A DNA stretch of 64,000 nucleotides, taken from the NCBI RefSeq assembly GCF_000002865.3, contig NW_001865039.1:2212438-2276437 (forward strand), given 5' to 3'. The notes under the pieces are model-generated. The model searched no databases. It had not been told where the DNA came from and saw only the letters and a program-made list of their open reading frames with translations. Positions 1-12,899 of this stretch are shown here, one piece after another. A program made the translations under genes and the position numbers. Source of the stretch: Monosiga brevicollis MX1 (lineage: Eukaryota). How positions within the stretch are numbered: position 1 is the first letter of the stretch; the number at the start of each line of letters is the position of its first letter.

Positions 1-1164
1 GGCGCGCGTCGAAGATGCACGAGGCACCGAGTTTTGCGTCGAAGATGCACGGGGCGCCGAGTCCCGCTGACGGGCCTGCTGCTGGCCCGCTGCGCGCAGA
101 GCAGCGATGCCAGCCAGCGCTGACCAGGTTACAACAACGAGTGGTGGTTGGTAAGAAAAACGCCAGAGTCAATCAAAGGATCAAAGACAAGCGCCAAAAC
201 CACTCACGGGCCTGTGGCTCCTCATAAGAAGGTCCTTGACTTGGCCGGGGACGACTGGCAGCCGAACCCACAAGCTCTGCGGTTCGTCATAAAAAGAAAC
301 AGGTGATCAAAGAGCAAGACCAAGACATGCGAGGGCACATTGAGGGCACATGAGAGAAGAACAAAGACAGGTAGGGACCAGGGACGCACGCTCATTGATT
401 TCCTCATACAAAGGCTCCTGCTTGGCCTTGTCATAGGGGCTCTGTGGGAGTTGATAGCCCGGCGGGAGGTACTCTGAAATGTGCGTAACCTGAAGGTGAG
501 AAGAGCACGGTACCGAGGCTAACGCAACAATCTCACAGGCAAACTGCGGTGTGTTGAGCAGTGTTGAACCAACCGGCGGTGCGCGTGTCTTGAGGCTCGA
601 CATAGCTCCCACGGTTGAGCTTTGAGGCACTCGAGGACATGGTGTTCGTGTTGGACTTGTCATCCTCGGGGTCCCGCAGGTTGTTGACATTGTCATAGGG
701 GCTCTCTTGTGAGTAGGCACGGGGTTGATGATAGTCGTCGTGTGTTTTAGGAAAAGGCTTGCGTTCACCTGCGTCGATAGGAATACATGTGAGTGGTTAG
801 TTAAAAAAAAAAAAAGCCGTTGGTCATATGTGCGACGAGTCTGAAGGCGGCAGGCCGGCAACGAGGTCATGGGGAACTGACCAATATTGGCACTATTGAC
901 GCGCTTCATCAGCGCGTCTGCCACGATCAAAGGTACAGCAACACAGCAGCAGGGGATGGTGAGGTGAAAGCAAGCTGGATCACGACGTAAACCAACAATT
1001 GGGTCAGGGCATACCCCCCCCCCGTTGGAGCCGTGCCCTGTTGGCCATTCTCAACAGTTTTATCTGACACCCCACCACCAACGGTGGACACGTCCTGAGA
1101 TCCCAAATCGCCCGCTGGATCCCATTGATAACACGCACGTACCGAGTTCTGGGTCGTCGGCCAT
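1..1164 (-). CDS. Multi-exon protein rich in tyrosine-phosphorylation-type motifs; 3' end probably lies beyond the window
   Basis: ATG at 1164 (MADDPELG) followed by a GTACGT donor. Minus-strand exons translate to DYHQP, PYDNV, SYVEP, EYLPP, GYQLP, PYDKA, LYEEI, FYDEP and SYEEP. Exon linkage only partly resolved. Confidence 0.55.
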
Positions 1165-1221
1165 GATGCTGGCGTGTGAGTGCGATGGGCGGTGTGTGCC
1201 CTTCAGGTGCGCGAGCGGAAG

Positions 1222-1347
<126 letters not shown>

Positions 1348-1989
1348 TGTCACACGTTTACGTGGGGTGGTACGCTAAATGAAAAGAGATCACGCCAGAT
1401 CAGCATTAGACAAGCTAGATCACGCTATATCAACTGCAGTGGAGGTAACAATCAAGGCTTGGGTTGGTTCTGACCCACGCCAGGGCACGCCAGATGATAC
1501 CCTCTCATCTGTCCCATTGTGCTCCAAAAGTTCAGATTGTCAGAATGTCAGATTATCTGGCGCGAGCAGCAGAAGCGGGCGGAGGGGAGCAGTTTGGCCT
1601 CGTGGATCTGATCGATCTGCCGCGCTCGTCCCAGTCCTTGGGCCCCTCTTCCCACTCCTTTTGGCCTTCCCACTCGGTTGTCTTCCTCTCCTGCCCTCCC
1701 TCTTGCTCGTTCCACCCCTTTTGCCTTTCGCCTCTGCACTCGCTACCTTCTTTTTTGACTCTATTCTTCTTCGTTTGATCCGCCCCCCTGATACTTCCTG
1801 CCTCGCTGCTCCTGACCCTGGGGCTCGTGCTGGGTCAAGCCAATGAATTTCATCCCGTTCCTTGAAAAGCGACAGGGAGCGGCCTGGTCGGACGTGGCTT
1901 TTGATGGTGGGCCTGGCTCGAGCTTCTACGGATCATTTACTCGGGAGTGCGTCTGATAGCGCTCGGCGCTCGCCGGTGCCACCGCGACT

Positions 1990-3908
1990 ATGAGCTTGCT
2001 ACCACACTCGCGTCAAGACCGCGAGATCCTGCCTCATATGAAACGCTATCGCTATGAGGAGGTGAGCTCAGTGATATCCAAACTCTTTGCCATCTTTGGG
2101 TGGTGCCCTCATGCTCAAGATCGCCTACATTCACGCCCCTCCCTGCGACTTGAACTAGTTGCCCGCTCATTTGCAGGGCAATCCATTTATCCTCAAGGGG
2201 TACAGGGCCTTCCTTAACCATCGTGCCTGCCTCAAAACGTATGCGCGCTCTCCGCCACGTCATCCGTCATGTAGCACAATCAGGCTCTACTGGTTGACTT
2301 GCGTGGCTGCGACAGACTCACCGCTTAATTGCTCCACCGCCTCAGAATCTGTGCCTTTCACAACGAGTGGGGCAACGTCTGGACCCACCTGGGTGGGCTG
2401 GCTTGGGCCGTACCCGTGTGTTTGTATGATCAATTTATTCGATTCAGTGAACATGAAGCCAATGGGGGGGATACCACAGACCGGTACATCTTCCTTGCCT
2501 ACATGTTTGGTGTGCAGGTGCGCGAGACCGTTTGCACCCAGCNNNNNNNNNNNNNNNNNNNNNNNNNNNNNNNNNNNNNNNNNNNNNNNNNNCCCCTGGG
2601 CTCGACCAGACTGCCTCGCAGCGAGATGCCCTGCTCCGACTCGGTCTGCAACTCACCCTTGCCTCGATGCCCCAACCCTGTTGTTTCGGATTGATCACAC
2701 CCGCGTAGTGCTGCTTGTTGTTTTCGGGCGCATATCACCTCTTTCTACCCCAAACTCAAGCCACGCACAACCGATGGCTGGCGCTTGATCTCTTGGGTAA
2801 GGTGGCAGCCGTGCGCAGCCGTGCGCAGCCGTGCGCAGCCGTGCGCAGCCCTGTCAGTCGCAGGATTGAGCGAGCCTCTTCTCTCTAATTTTTTTTTTTT
2901 TTCCGAAGCTGCACATGTCTCACTTGTCACTCTTGGGCCGTAGGTATCGCGCTGGGCATGATTGCTGCCTACTTTCCGGGCGTTTACTACGGTTTTTACT
3001 GTCTTCCCGTGAGTTGTGTAACGGTACACCAGGAGCCTTGGTTGTTTTGGCTTTGGGCTTTTCCCTTGAATCTGGTTTATACCTGACCCGGCTCAATGAT
3101 GCGTCCCTAACCGTGGTTGCTGGTTGCGGCTTTGGTCTTTTTGGCTCCGGGTACTTGCCATCGTTGGGATTGCAGGGCCTGCGGCGATTGTACGCGGGCG
3201 CCACGGTCGTGGTGTTTGTTGGCAACCTAGTCATGCAACTCAACCCGAAATTTTTAACCAACGCTTGGGCTCTGCAACGCATCATCACCTACTCCATCAC
3301 CCTCGGTTTTGGGGTAAGCCGCGGTCTGCCAGTCGGCTGTCGGGCCCGCGTCCAACTGTACACTCTTGAATGTTATCCCTCTGCTTCTCTGCTGCTCTGC
3401 CTTTGTCGCTGGCCCCCTTGTTTCGAGGCTTCCCACAAGATTATTATAACCCACGCCTCTTTGTGTCGCGCGATGGCAGATTGTGCCTGTCTCGCATTGG
3501 GCGATTCTCAACTATGAGAACCAAGAGGAGGTGGATTTGTTCTTGTACCGCGTCCTTGTCTCGTACGCCATCATGGTCGTGGGTGTGCTCTTCTACTTGT
3601 CGCGCTGGCCTGAGCGCGCTTGCCCAGGTAGAGCCAGATCAAGCGCATGGGGTGTCTCAAGCGAGAGAGAAATTCGATCATCGTTCCCTTCCTTGCGAAC
3701 CCGTATGTCCAACTCTCCCGTGCCCTCACTCTTACCCTACTGAAATGATAATGCGGAAACCGCAGGGGCCTGCGATTACTTTGGGCATTCACATCAATGG
3801 TGGCACACGATGGTGCTTGTTTGCTTCATATGGTGGTACAACAGCACGATGAGCATCTTCAACTACCGGCTCACCCACCCTTGTCCCACGGATGCGCCCG
3901 GAGTTTAA
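1990..3908 (+). CDS. PAQR / haemolysin-III family 7TM protein (PAQR3-like), multi-exon, spans an assembly gap
   Basis: Exons give NPFILKGYR, HNEWGNVWTH, GVYYGFYC, FYLSRWPERACPG and DYFGHSHQWWH, which are the PAQR motifs including the Zn-binding His residues. Stop TAA at 3906-3908; start uncertain. Confidence 0.9.
2543..2592. other. Assembly gap (50 N)
   Basis: Run of N inside the PAQR gene. Confidence 0.99.
2805..2850 (+). repeat. 10-bp tandem repeat (GCAGCCGTGC) x~4.5, intronic
   Basis: gcagccgtgcgcagccgtgcgcagccgtgcgcagccgtgcgcagcc. Confidence 0.9.
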
Positions 3909-4318
3909 GATAAGTTTTCAGGTTTGGATGGCTGGTGGCATAATTGATGCTGAAACCGGATCACTTTCTTGAGATGAACACCGTGCAGCACCAAAGGCTG
4001 AATGATCAACGGCAAGAAAAGGAAAACGGAAAAAGAAATCGAGTCGGGATTGTCAATTAATCAAAGGATACATGAAGCACATGGGCATTCACATGTCAAT
4101 GTGATATGGTTGTGGGGGAAAAAAAAAAAAAGGAAAGAAAGAAAAATCAAGACGGGCACGCGTGCCGTGCCAGGCGATGGGAGCGTAACATAACATGGTC
4201 AAAACTATCAAATCAACAAAGGAGCACCAAGTAAGAGACAAAGGCAGCCCTCATTCCAAACACGGTCGAAACCCCGCACGCGCTGAAGCTTTGTGGACGG
4301 TGAGCGGCCGTTCATTCA

Positions 4319-5251
4319 TTACTCAAGACGGACCGCCCGACGGGCGTCGGAGGAGAGTTCGAGCTCAGCAAAGTAGTCGGTGACCGAGTCCTCGCCAAAC
4401 GCATGTGCCTCATGGCCCAGGGGTGATGGAAGGTATTTGATGCCAAGGGCTTGATCAAGGCTGGGGCGGCTGCCCTCGCTGGAGAGGGAGCCACGCTCGC
4501 TGGTGGTATCTGAGCCGTACCGAAAGGCATGGGTGTGGGCAATGACCGAGGATGGGGTAGGCAAAATGGGGGACATGTCAGGAGAGAAGAGATCCGAGGT
4601 ACTGTAGTGGCTGCTGGTTGGAGAGGGAGTGGCATTGGGGTCGAGTCGTAGGGCAGCCTCTTCGTGACCCGTTTTGGCGGCCAGATCAAAAAGGTGATCA
4701 AGCGAGCCTTGATCCCAATGCTCCTCCCGAAGATCTTCAGCGTTCTTGACGGGTTGATTTTCAGGCAAGTCGATGCTGAGGCTGGCCGCCCGGCGGCGGG
4801 CCATGAGGCTCATCTTGACGTCGGGGCGGGGCGAGGCAGCGGCGGAGCGCACCACCTGATCCAATGAGCCGCCTTTGCGCAGGTTTGGCTGAGCATGGGA
4901 ATGGTGCGGCAAGTGCAACTGCAGGTTCTTGGCTTCACGGCGGTGCAGCAAAGGGCTGGTGGTCACACTCTCGCAAGCGGTGCTGCGCGTGGCCTCGGGC
5001 GATGAGGGCGAGGCGACGAGGAGCAAGCCTGAGCTGGAACGCCGGGTACTGGGAAGAACATGGCGCCGTGCCTCGGGTGCCGGCAACACTTTGTTTGGCG
5101 CCAGAGCCGCTTTGAGCTGGCTCTGCTCTGAGCTCGAGTCGAGTTGAACCGCAGAGCGGGCTTTGGGATGGACCAGGGCAAAAGTGGGTTCAGGAAGATC
5201 ATCCACGCTGGTGGAAGCGGCCATGGCAGCGGCCGATTGATGATGCGCCAT
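4319..5251 (-). CDS. Hypothetical Ser/Pro-rich, probably disordered protein (~310 aa, single exon)
   Basis: Long ORF 4319-5467 with a likely ATG at 5251 (MAHHQ). Contains RRAASL, RKGGSL and SP/TP sites; no recognisable domain. Confidence 0.6.
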   Translation of the reverse strand: MAHHQSAAAMAASTSVDDLPEPTFALVHPKARSAVQLDSSSEQSQLKAALAPNKVLPAPEARRHVLPSTRRSSSGLLLVASPSSPEATRSTACESVTTSPLLHRREAKNLQLHLPHHSHAQPNLRKGGSLDQVVRSAAASPRPDVKMSLMARRRAASLSIDLPENQPVKNAEDLREEHWDQGSLDHLFDLAAKTGHEEAALRLDPNATPSPTSSHYSTSDLFSPDMSPILPTPSSVIAHTHAFRYGSDTTSERGSLSSEGSRPSLDQALGIKYLPSPLGHEAHAFGEDSVTDYFAELELSSDARRAVRLE

Positions 5252-5779
5252 GCTGTCCGATCCAAGATGGATCAGAGTCGAGTTGAGAAAGGAAAAATGC
5301 TTGCGCTCCCGCTCGATCGCCGAAATGGTGCGTAATGCAAGGGGAATATGTGACGAGAGCAATCCAAACAGAAGATTGCTGGTCACACGCAACCACCTTG
5401 TTAGCAATCCGATAACGCAAGCAGGGCCGATGCAGAGCAAGCGGTACACACAGGAAAGAGACCGCACAGAGAGAGCACAGAGAGAGAGAGCACTGAGCGT
5501 GAGTCACAGAGAGAGCGAGTCACAAGAAATGACGACGCCCGGATCACGACGCGGGACGCGGGAAGCAGGGCCCGCGCACACGTAAATCAAAAGTCGTCCG
5601 TATAAACGGCAGTCAACGGAAAGAAGGAGTTGGCTTGGTTACGAGACACCCCCTGTCAAACAATGGCGCGTCCCAATCCCCCTCCCAAGGAAAATGGGGA
5701 ATAGCACAAGCGAGACAAATGCACGACACGGGTTGCCGCGCAAACAGCAAACGGCAGTCCCGAAGGAATGTATGTGTGT

Positions 5780-5789
5780 CACACACAGA

Positions 5790-5856
<67 letters not shown>
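5780..5856. repeat. (CA)n microsatellite
   Basis: Directly visible. Confidence 0.97.
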
Positions 5857-5859
<3 letters not shown>

Positions 5860-7464
5860 AATTGGCAGCGGCACCAAGCTGTTGTTGAGGTGCGTCATGC
5901 AATGTACAATAAGAAGTGTGAGTAAGTCTTGTTAACGTGGTAATGTGTTGGAAAAAAAATACCGAACCAAACCAACATGATATCATCACACCAAAGGAGC
6001 GCGTGTGGTGTGATGTGTGTGTGATCTGTGTGATGTGATGTGCCTCATGTCAGGGCGGTCATGTTGTGGTACTGTAATGACGATGACGCCCCTTTGACGC
6101 CCCTTGCCTTGCGTTTTTGTGTTGGGCGGATCAGATGGTATAATAAATCATGTGACAGTCAGGATGACGGGTAAGGTGCTTCCTTGATGTTGATGCGCCA
6201 TCAAAGGGAATCAAGCTCGACGATGGAGATTGGCTTGGTTTGGCGAGGCAACGGTGAGGCGCGTGTGGGCGTTTGGCGAGAAGGCACCCATGAAGCGGAC
6301 AAACCACAGATTCAAAGAGCGACGCCCACGAGCGCGTCTCACACACACACAAAAGCGGGAGCGCAGGGAGGTTTGAGAAAGTTGGTGCGGGTAGGAATTG
6401 AATTGGGGTCATTGTTCCTTGATAACCATTGACATGATTAGGGCAAGGGTGGTGGTGACTCACCCGCTTCAAAAACACGCCTCGCCTCGCCTCGCCAGGC
6501 AGATCCAGCCCTCACGAGGGAGAGATGCACACGCGTGTCCAAGGATGCGGGGTCTTCAAACGTCGGGGGCGCGCTTTTGACCTGATGCGGGTTGGTTGGG
6601 TTGGAATTGCTGTATTGTTTCGCAACCGCCCTTTTGTGCTGGGTGTCCGGACGAAACGCTGCAACCTCATGGTCATGTTGGGCTCGAAGAAGACGAAGGG
6701 GAGGGACATGTATGTCCTTACTGTCATTGCTCCGTATAAAAATGATTTTTAAATTGCGGTGCCACACCCCATTGCGGTGGTGAGAGATTACATCAATCGC
6801 GTTGTCCGTTGCCCCGCCCTGACCGCCTGCCGAGAGGGTGTCAAGCGTATTGCCATCGTCCCCCGGACCTCGTGGTACGGTGACACAAGCCAACCATTGT
6901 CCGGCAGGTGCTCAAGGCAATCGTTCCTTCCACACAAGCTGGTCAGGGCCTGGGTACCTGGGTCCCTGCGCCCATCAGAGCTTCTTTACCCTGACCGTTA
7001 CATCAGGGCTACCGGATGGATCGAGCGCGTGGTTCATGTTTTGAATCACACGCTCGTGCAAAGCTCTCTCCCTCTCTCTCTCTTCAGCATTCAAAACGTG
7101 GATCGCCATTCGAGTCGTAGCTAGCGCCCGAGGGAATGGGACTTTGAAATGGTGCTTGACATTCCTTCCCCGCCTTGAAATGGCGCTTAAACCCTTGAAA
7201 ATGGCGCTCGCTCTGAACCGACCAAGCTCGACAGATCATCGGATCGGCACCACGTTCGTGCATGGCAACATGACTGCATAATGATGAATTGGGGACCGAG
7301 AACAGAGATGCATATGGCCTTGGCGTGCTTAAAATGATAAAGAATTAAGAGGAGAAGCGTCGAGCTAAGACAAGCGTCGATCTCTTGGGCCGTGTGAGTC
7401 AGAAGAAGAAAACAGACTCACCCCCTCTGGACCTCCTCGTCTTTTGCCACGACTCCGCCGGGGC

Positions 7465-10400
7465 TCAGGCTCGATCGGCCACGGTTCGGATCCGCATGTC
7501 CATGGGGTCCAATGCCTGTAACGGCTTGGCTAACAGCAGGCGTTCAATGTTGACACGCCGCAAGGCGCGCAACACATCCCCAACCTGGGCGTTGCGCACT
7601 GCCAACGCTTGTGGTGGCCCCTCATTGTCCTCTTCGATCCGATATTTGAGCAACGGATAAGCCGCCACCAGCAGCATGAACAACTACAGCCAAGATCATT
7701 CGCACACAGTCGGTTGGAAACAGAACCAAGCGTGAGCCAAGGACTACTCATTCGACCCGCTTGAGCAATCCCCCCCCAAAAAAGTCTGCCTCAATGGCCG
7801 TTGCTGCAGCGCGAGCTTGGGTACAGGCACCGACCGAGTGGGCTGCATCAAGCGTGCTGGTTGTCGCACGCAATGGATCCTGGAGCGAGGTGACATGCCC
7901 TTTGCCACAGGGCAACGTGCCCGGCGAAAACCCTTGACAACACGTCCAGTGGTCTTTGCGATACACGCCCGTGTGACAGGCCGTGCGCACCTCGGCATCG
8001 GACGCTTGCAGGATTTTGCGCATGACCTAGCAAGCACCCCAGGCCAGTTTCGTTTCCTCACCGTGAGCCAGCCGTACCTACCCCGCGCCTCCAGAAATTT
8101 CGACTTGAATCTCGTCCACCCAATCCTTGCGCCCCACCTGCAAGAACGTCTCCAATTGCTCGGCATTGAACATATCAATGTAAATTGTGCTGAGGGGCAA
8201 CACCAGCTACACCCATCCAATCAACCAAGAAACAGGGTGAGTCGACTGGAGAATGCTCGGCGGGCATCAGATGTCCCATGCTCACCTGAACCACATACGG
8301 CCGGTCAAACGCGTCCGCATCAACCCGCTCCACATTGCGAATCCTGGCACCATACGAGGTTACACAGACAACAGCCAGGTGAGTCCATACTTAGCAGCAC
8401 CGTGGGGCTGCGCACGGTCCAACCATGTTCAAGCCTCGGCCAACCACGCACTGTTCCACATCAATCTTGAGTTCGGTATTGCCACGCTTGTTCACCGTGA
8501 GCTCTCGTGAAGACAGTGTGAGGCTGCGCTTCTTCAAAGCCATGGTGGCACTGTCTGTCACGGCCACCTTTTCTTGCTGAAAGACAATCTCTTCCTTGTT
8601 GTACGTCTCCACCGACATCAAAGACGAGCGCTCTACGCCCACCATGCCAGCATCAGTGAGGGGTATTTTGCCGTGGTGCACCCCGATGCATGGGGGAGCG
8701 CCACCTACCATTGGCACTCGGCTCGGTGCTCATGGCCAAAATATATGCACGAGCCGAGTCAATGCTGTCCTCAATAATGGGTCGTAATGGGTCCATGTAG
8801 GGCTCCTTGCCACCGGCCAGGGCCGAGCCCAGATTTCCAATCGTTGTAATGGCCTTGGCCAAAAGCGTCAGTGTTCGTGCCACGTTGCCCGTAGGCCGCT
8901 CGTCACGCATACCTAGAGCAACATACGTGAGCTCACACTGTACGCTCCTACTCCAGCCAGCGCAAAAGATAGAGAGCAGCCCACGAACCAAACAGCTTGG
9001 GATTGAGGACGGCAGGCGCAAAGAAACGCAAGAAAAGAAACCCCGACACGGCCGTAAACGGCGCATCCTTGTCCCGATGCACCAAGTCTTGATTCTGTTG
9101 ACCCGCAAAGACGTGCGTGGGCCCAGAGCATTCCGTTAGCAAGTGTACCATGTCGCCATGAGGTTGTTCCCGCCAAGACCGCAACCCCATCCCACCCCCG
9201 CAAGCAACACAGCCAAGATCAGACCACATGGAGAACCCCGGAGATCGACAGAGCCGGGACACAGACGCTGTGCGAATAGCCAAGCACACCGCGGTGATGA
9301 CATACCGCAGCAACGGACTGTCGCAAGTGACTAAAGACCTGGCGCATAATCATGGGACTGGCCGAGACCGTGTGAAACATGGCCTTGAGGATGGCATCGA
9401 GGTATCGGATCAAGTGATCCGCGTGCTTACGCACGACACCACTCTGTGCGGCCTTGCGAGGCAGCTGTGTCATTGGGTCCCGTTTGTTCAATGTCGAATG
9501 AGCAAGTCACGCGGGCACAACACTTGCAGCACAACCCCTGGTCCAACTGCACGCCCAAACAATCTGCAGTGCAAGTACAAGCTCGCATGCGAAAAACAAA
9601 AGGCCCTTGAACAGGGCAATCATACCCGGGCTGGATCAATCTCGCAATCGCGATTCTCATTGGCCACGGTGTTGATAATTGGCAGCAAGATGCGATGCAA
9701 GTACTCCAAACCCACAAGCTTCATAAACTGATCCGTGCACTAGGACAGCCCCCCAAGTCCCAGGACGAACGCGCAGATGGGCCATGAGGACAGCATGGGC
9801 TAACCGGATGAGACGTGATCAAGCGTCTTCGTGCTCGTCTTCGTGTGCATCCAAATTTGACCCAATTCTACAGATACCTTAGATGCCAACGAATTACTGC
9901 GAAACAACGTGGCTGGATCAGTGGCGCGCTGCACTTCCGCGGCGTTGAGTGCCTGCAGACACGCAACAGCGCTGTGGCGGCTCACAAACGTCGACATCAA
10001 GGCCCGAGCAAAGTCTTCGCGGTCAAAGGGAAGCAGTGCTTCACCGGCTTGCTGCTTGCTCTCCGTCAGTAGCGCTGCGCACGACAGGGAGATGCCTCAA
10101 AGTGATTGTGCCCAACCAATGCGCCGAGGTCGATGCCCAAGCACCAGTGACACCTGCCACTACGTCTGATCAACCACGCACCATTCATAACTCCCAGAAA
10201 CGTAAAGTCATCCAAAGGCTTATGAACCGAAAGCTCCTGCACCCAGTCGTAACCCATCGTGAGCGTGCGCCCGATCGCATGCACCGCACTTCCTCGGCCC
10301 CTCTGCACCGAGTCAACGTCGTAACAAAGCAAAACACCGAGGCCTTGACACAAACCTCGACAAGCTGGACGACGTTCTCGTAAGAGCTTTCTGGCAAGAC

Positions 10401-12245
10401 CAGCTCGCTGCTCGACTGAAAGAAATTGACCAACGAGGATGCGAGTAGCCGCGCAAGTCAGGCAGGCAAGAGGGTAGCAAGGCGGGCCTTTGCCCTTGTG
10501 ATGTAAATCGTCCCCGAATCAAGAGGCGAGCTGCACCCACCTTGAGAAAAACACGGACGGTGCCGCCTGTGCTCGAGGTCTCGTCAAAGTCGTCGATTCG
10601 AGGACCAAGACGGTACCACATGAGTCGACGGACGTCCAGGTCCAAGCTTTGCACAGGGATGCGCGCCTGACCGCGAAAGCGTCGCGTTTTGCCTGATGTG
10701 GTGAGGGGGTGGGGGGGGGGGGAGGAGGGTGCCTCCTTGTCAGCGGTCTGACGGCCATCAACTTTAAGCATCAAACCCTCACCCGCCTCTGCCATCCATG
10801 TCAAGTCTGTACACTTACGCGACACCTCCCATAGAGTAATGAGGAGATCCTCGTGAACATCGTCCGTCTCCACCGTGAGCGATTCATCCCACATGGGATG
10901 CCTGCATGGCATGGCACGAGTGGCCAACGTGAGCACCGGACGCACAACAACCTGAATGCCCTCGTGAGCCATCTGGCAACTTTGCACCACTCGTTCCGGT
11001 CTTTGCCTCGCCGCCGTATCAACAGACCGGGTATTAGCAACGCTTGACTCGTGCGAAGTGCTTCCAAGGCGAAGCTCAAAGGTGTGTTGGGTTTGGGCAT
11101 TATTGTCTGAGTTGAAGAGCAGGTCACGAGCTTTGACGACCGTGACCTCAATCTTGTCGCGTCCGGCGAGCTGAGTGCGTGTCAACTCGACAAAGACCTG
11201 GAAGCCAACCGAATCACCAGCACAGGAAGGTGAGATGGCCGCAATGACTCTGGACGAGCTGCAAAGCTATAAACTCGCGCTCTCCACTCTTTGTTCAAAG
11301 TCTTTTTTTTTTGTTTTTTTCTTTTTCAAAGGGGAGCAAAAGGAATGAGTCAATCGCAAAAAAAACATCGCAACGGACTTCGCCTGGGATGGTAATGGCT
11401 TGGGACGGCTTGATCAGGGGGTGCCATCGCTCCTTGACGTCTGTGGCACGGACAGTGATGGAAGAGCCGACGAGTAAGTGAGGCGTCTCAGTATCTCGCA
11501 AGGCCAGCAGGACGGCAGGTGCGGGCTTGTGAGCAATCTGCATGAGCTAGGCTACATCCACTGCGAGCGTCGCAACAAACCGCCCGTGTTGGTGGGGTCG
11601 AGCAGCGAGGCGCGATTCAGATTTACGCGGCCCAGCTCGACCTCGCGATTCCCCTTATCCTGGCACCAAACCCAGCGAATGAGACAGGCGAGGCGGGGGC
11701 AAGAGCACACAGCCACAAGGTCAAGACGTGCCAACAAACACACAAACAAAGCAGGGTCAGCAAGAGTATGAAGAAGACGTACCTGCATGAAGAGCTGAAG
11801 CGATACGAGGGAGAAATTGTAGGAAAGCAAGAGGTCAAAGCTATCTCCGAAGAACGGCGAGGTTGCGCCGCGCTGGGTGCTCGTTTGTGCGACCACTTCG
11901 TCATCAACCACAATCTTGAAAAAAGCAGCCATGCTCTCTCTGGTGGGGGAGCAGGCACGAGAGACCGGACAAGCGAGTGCAGGTAACATGAGAGGCTCGC
12001 ACGATCCCGATACCAAACGGACTCGACGCAGACTGCACGTACGCCTGAGGTGGCTTGACATTCTTTGCTTCGCTGATTCGGACTTGCAGGGTGGTTTTCC
12101 AGAAGCAGCGAAGATCGTCCGACGCGGGTTCAGGCGTTTCTACCTCATCACGCAAGGTTGTGGGTCGGCGGCCAGCCGGAAAAGGTGCGGCCGTCGCAGC
12201 CGACACGTCGAGCGTGTCGTCCTCCTCCTCCTCGGCGAAGCTCAT
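7465..12245 (-). CDS. GAP1-family Ras GTPase-activating protein (C2-C2-RasGAP-PH-BTK; RASA2/3/4-RASAL1-like), multi-exon
   Basis: C2a (LQVRISEAKNV...TSPFFGDSF), C2b (IEVTVVKARDL...PMWDESL), Arg finger ATLFRSNSLASK, FLRFFAPAVLNPKLFG, ARTLTLLAK, KEPYM, PH region (LKKRSLTLSSRELT) and BTK Zn motif HTGVYRKDHWTCCQGFSPGTLPC. ATG at 12245. Confidence 0.93.
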
Positions 12246-12376
12246 CCCGAGGATGCCAACACGATGCACCCACTGAAGGAGCCCCCACACTCGACAAGAA
12301 GAGCACAACCCCACCCAGATCAATGCCCATCAACAGCCCCCCCCTTGCAACCCTGCCCCCTCAATCACCGCCAACA

Positions 12377-12639
<263 letters not shown>

Positions 12640-12899
12640 GTCGTTGTTGTTCAGTCACCACTGTCAAGCGCAGCGGATCAGTCGAGCGGACTTGAGCTGC
12701 TAACCGAGCAGGAGGTGGCTGATGATTGGGTGGTCTTTTTCCAGAGGCTGAACGCTTGTGCTAGCAGAGAACTGGTGTGGACTCCTTTTTTTTGTGTGTG
12801 GACAGCTGTGGTTGTTCGCTTCGTTAAGGGTCAAGCGGACTCGGAACGAGGCTGCCAACCACAGCGCACAGGCTCGACGCGAGAACAAGACCAGCGGGC

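Noticed and set aside
5..62. Imperfect direct repeat GCGTCGAAGATGCACG x2
   Set aside because: Only two copies at the window edge; probably a coding repeat of the first gene, not a CRISPR array or terminal repeat.
2805..2850. 10-bp tandem repeat as a possible CRISPR or mobile element
   Set aside because: No spacers and no cas or transposase genes; it is an intronic minisatellite.
6100..7300. 151-aa minus-strand ORF (6438-6893) ending near a GTGAGT donor, and a further donor near 7421
   Set aside because: No recognisable domain and no consistent exon chain. It could be an unrecognised gene or a RasGAP 3' extension, but I cannot support a call.
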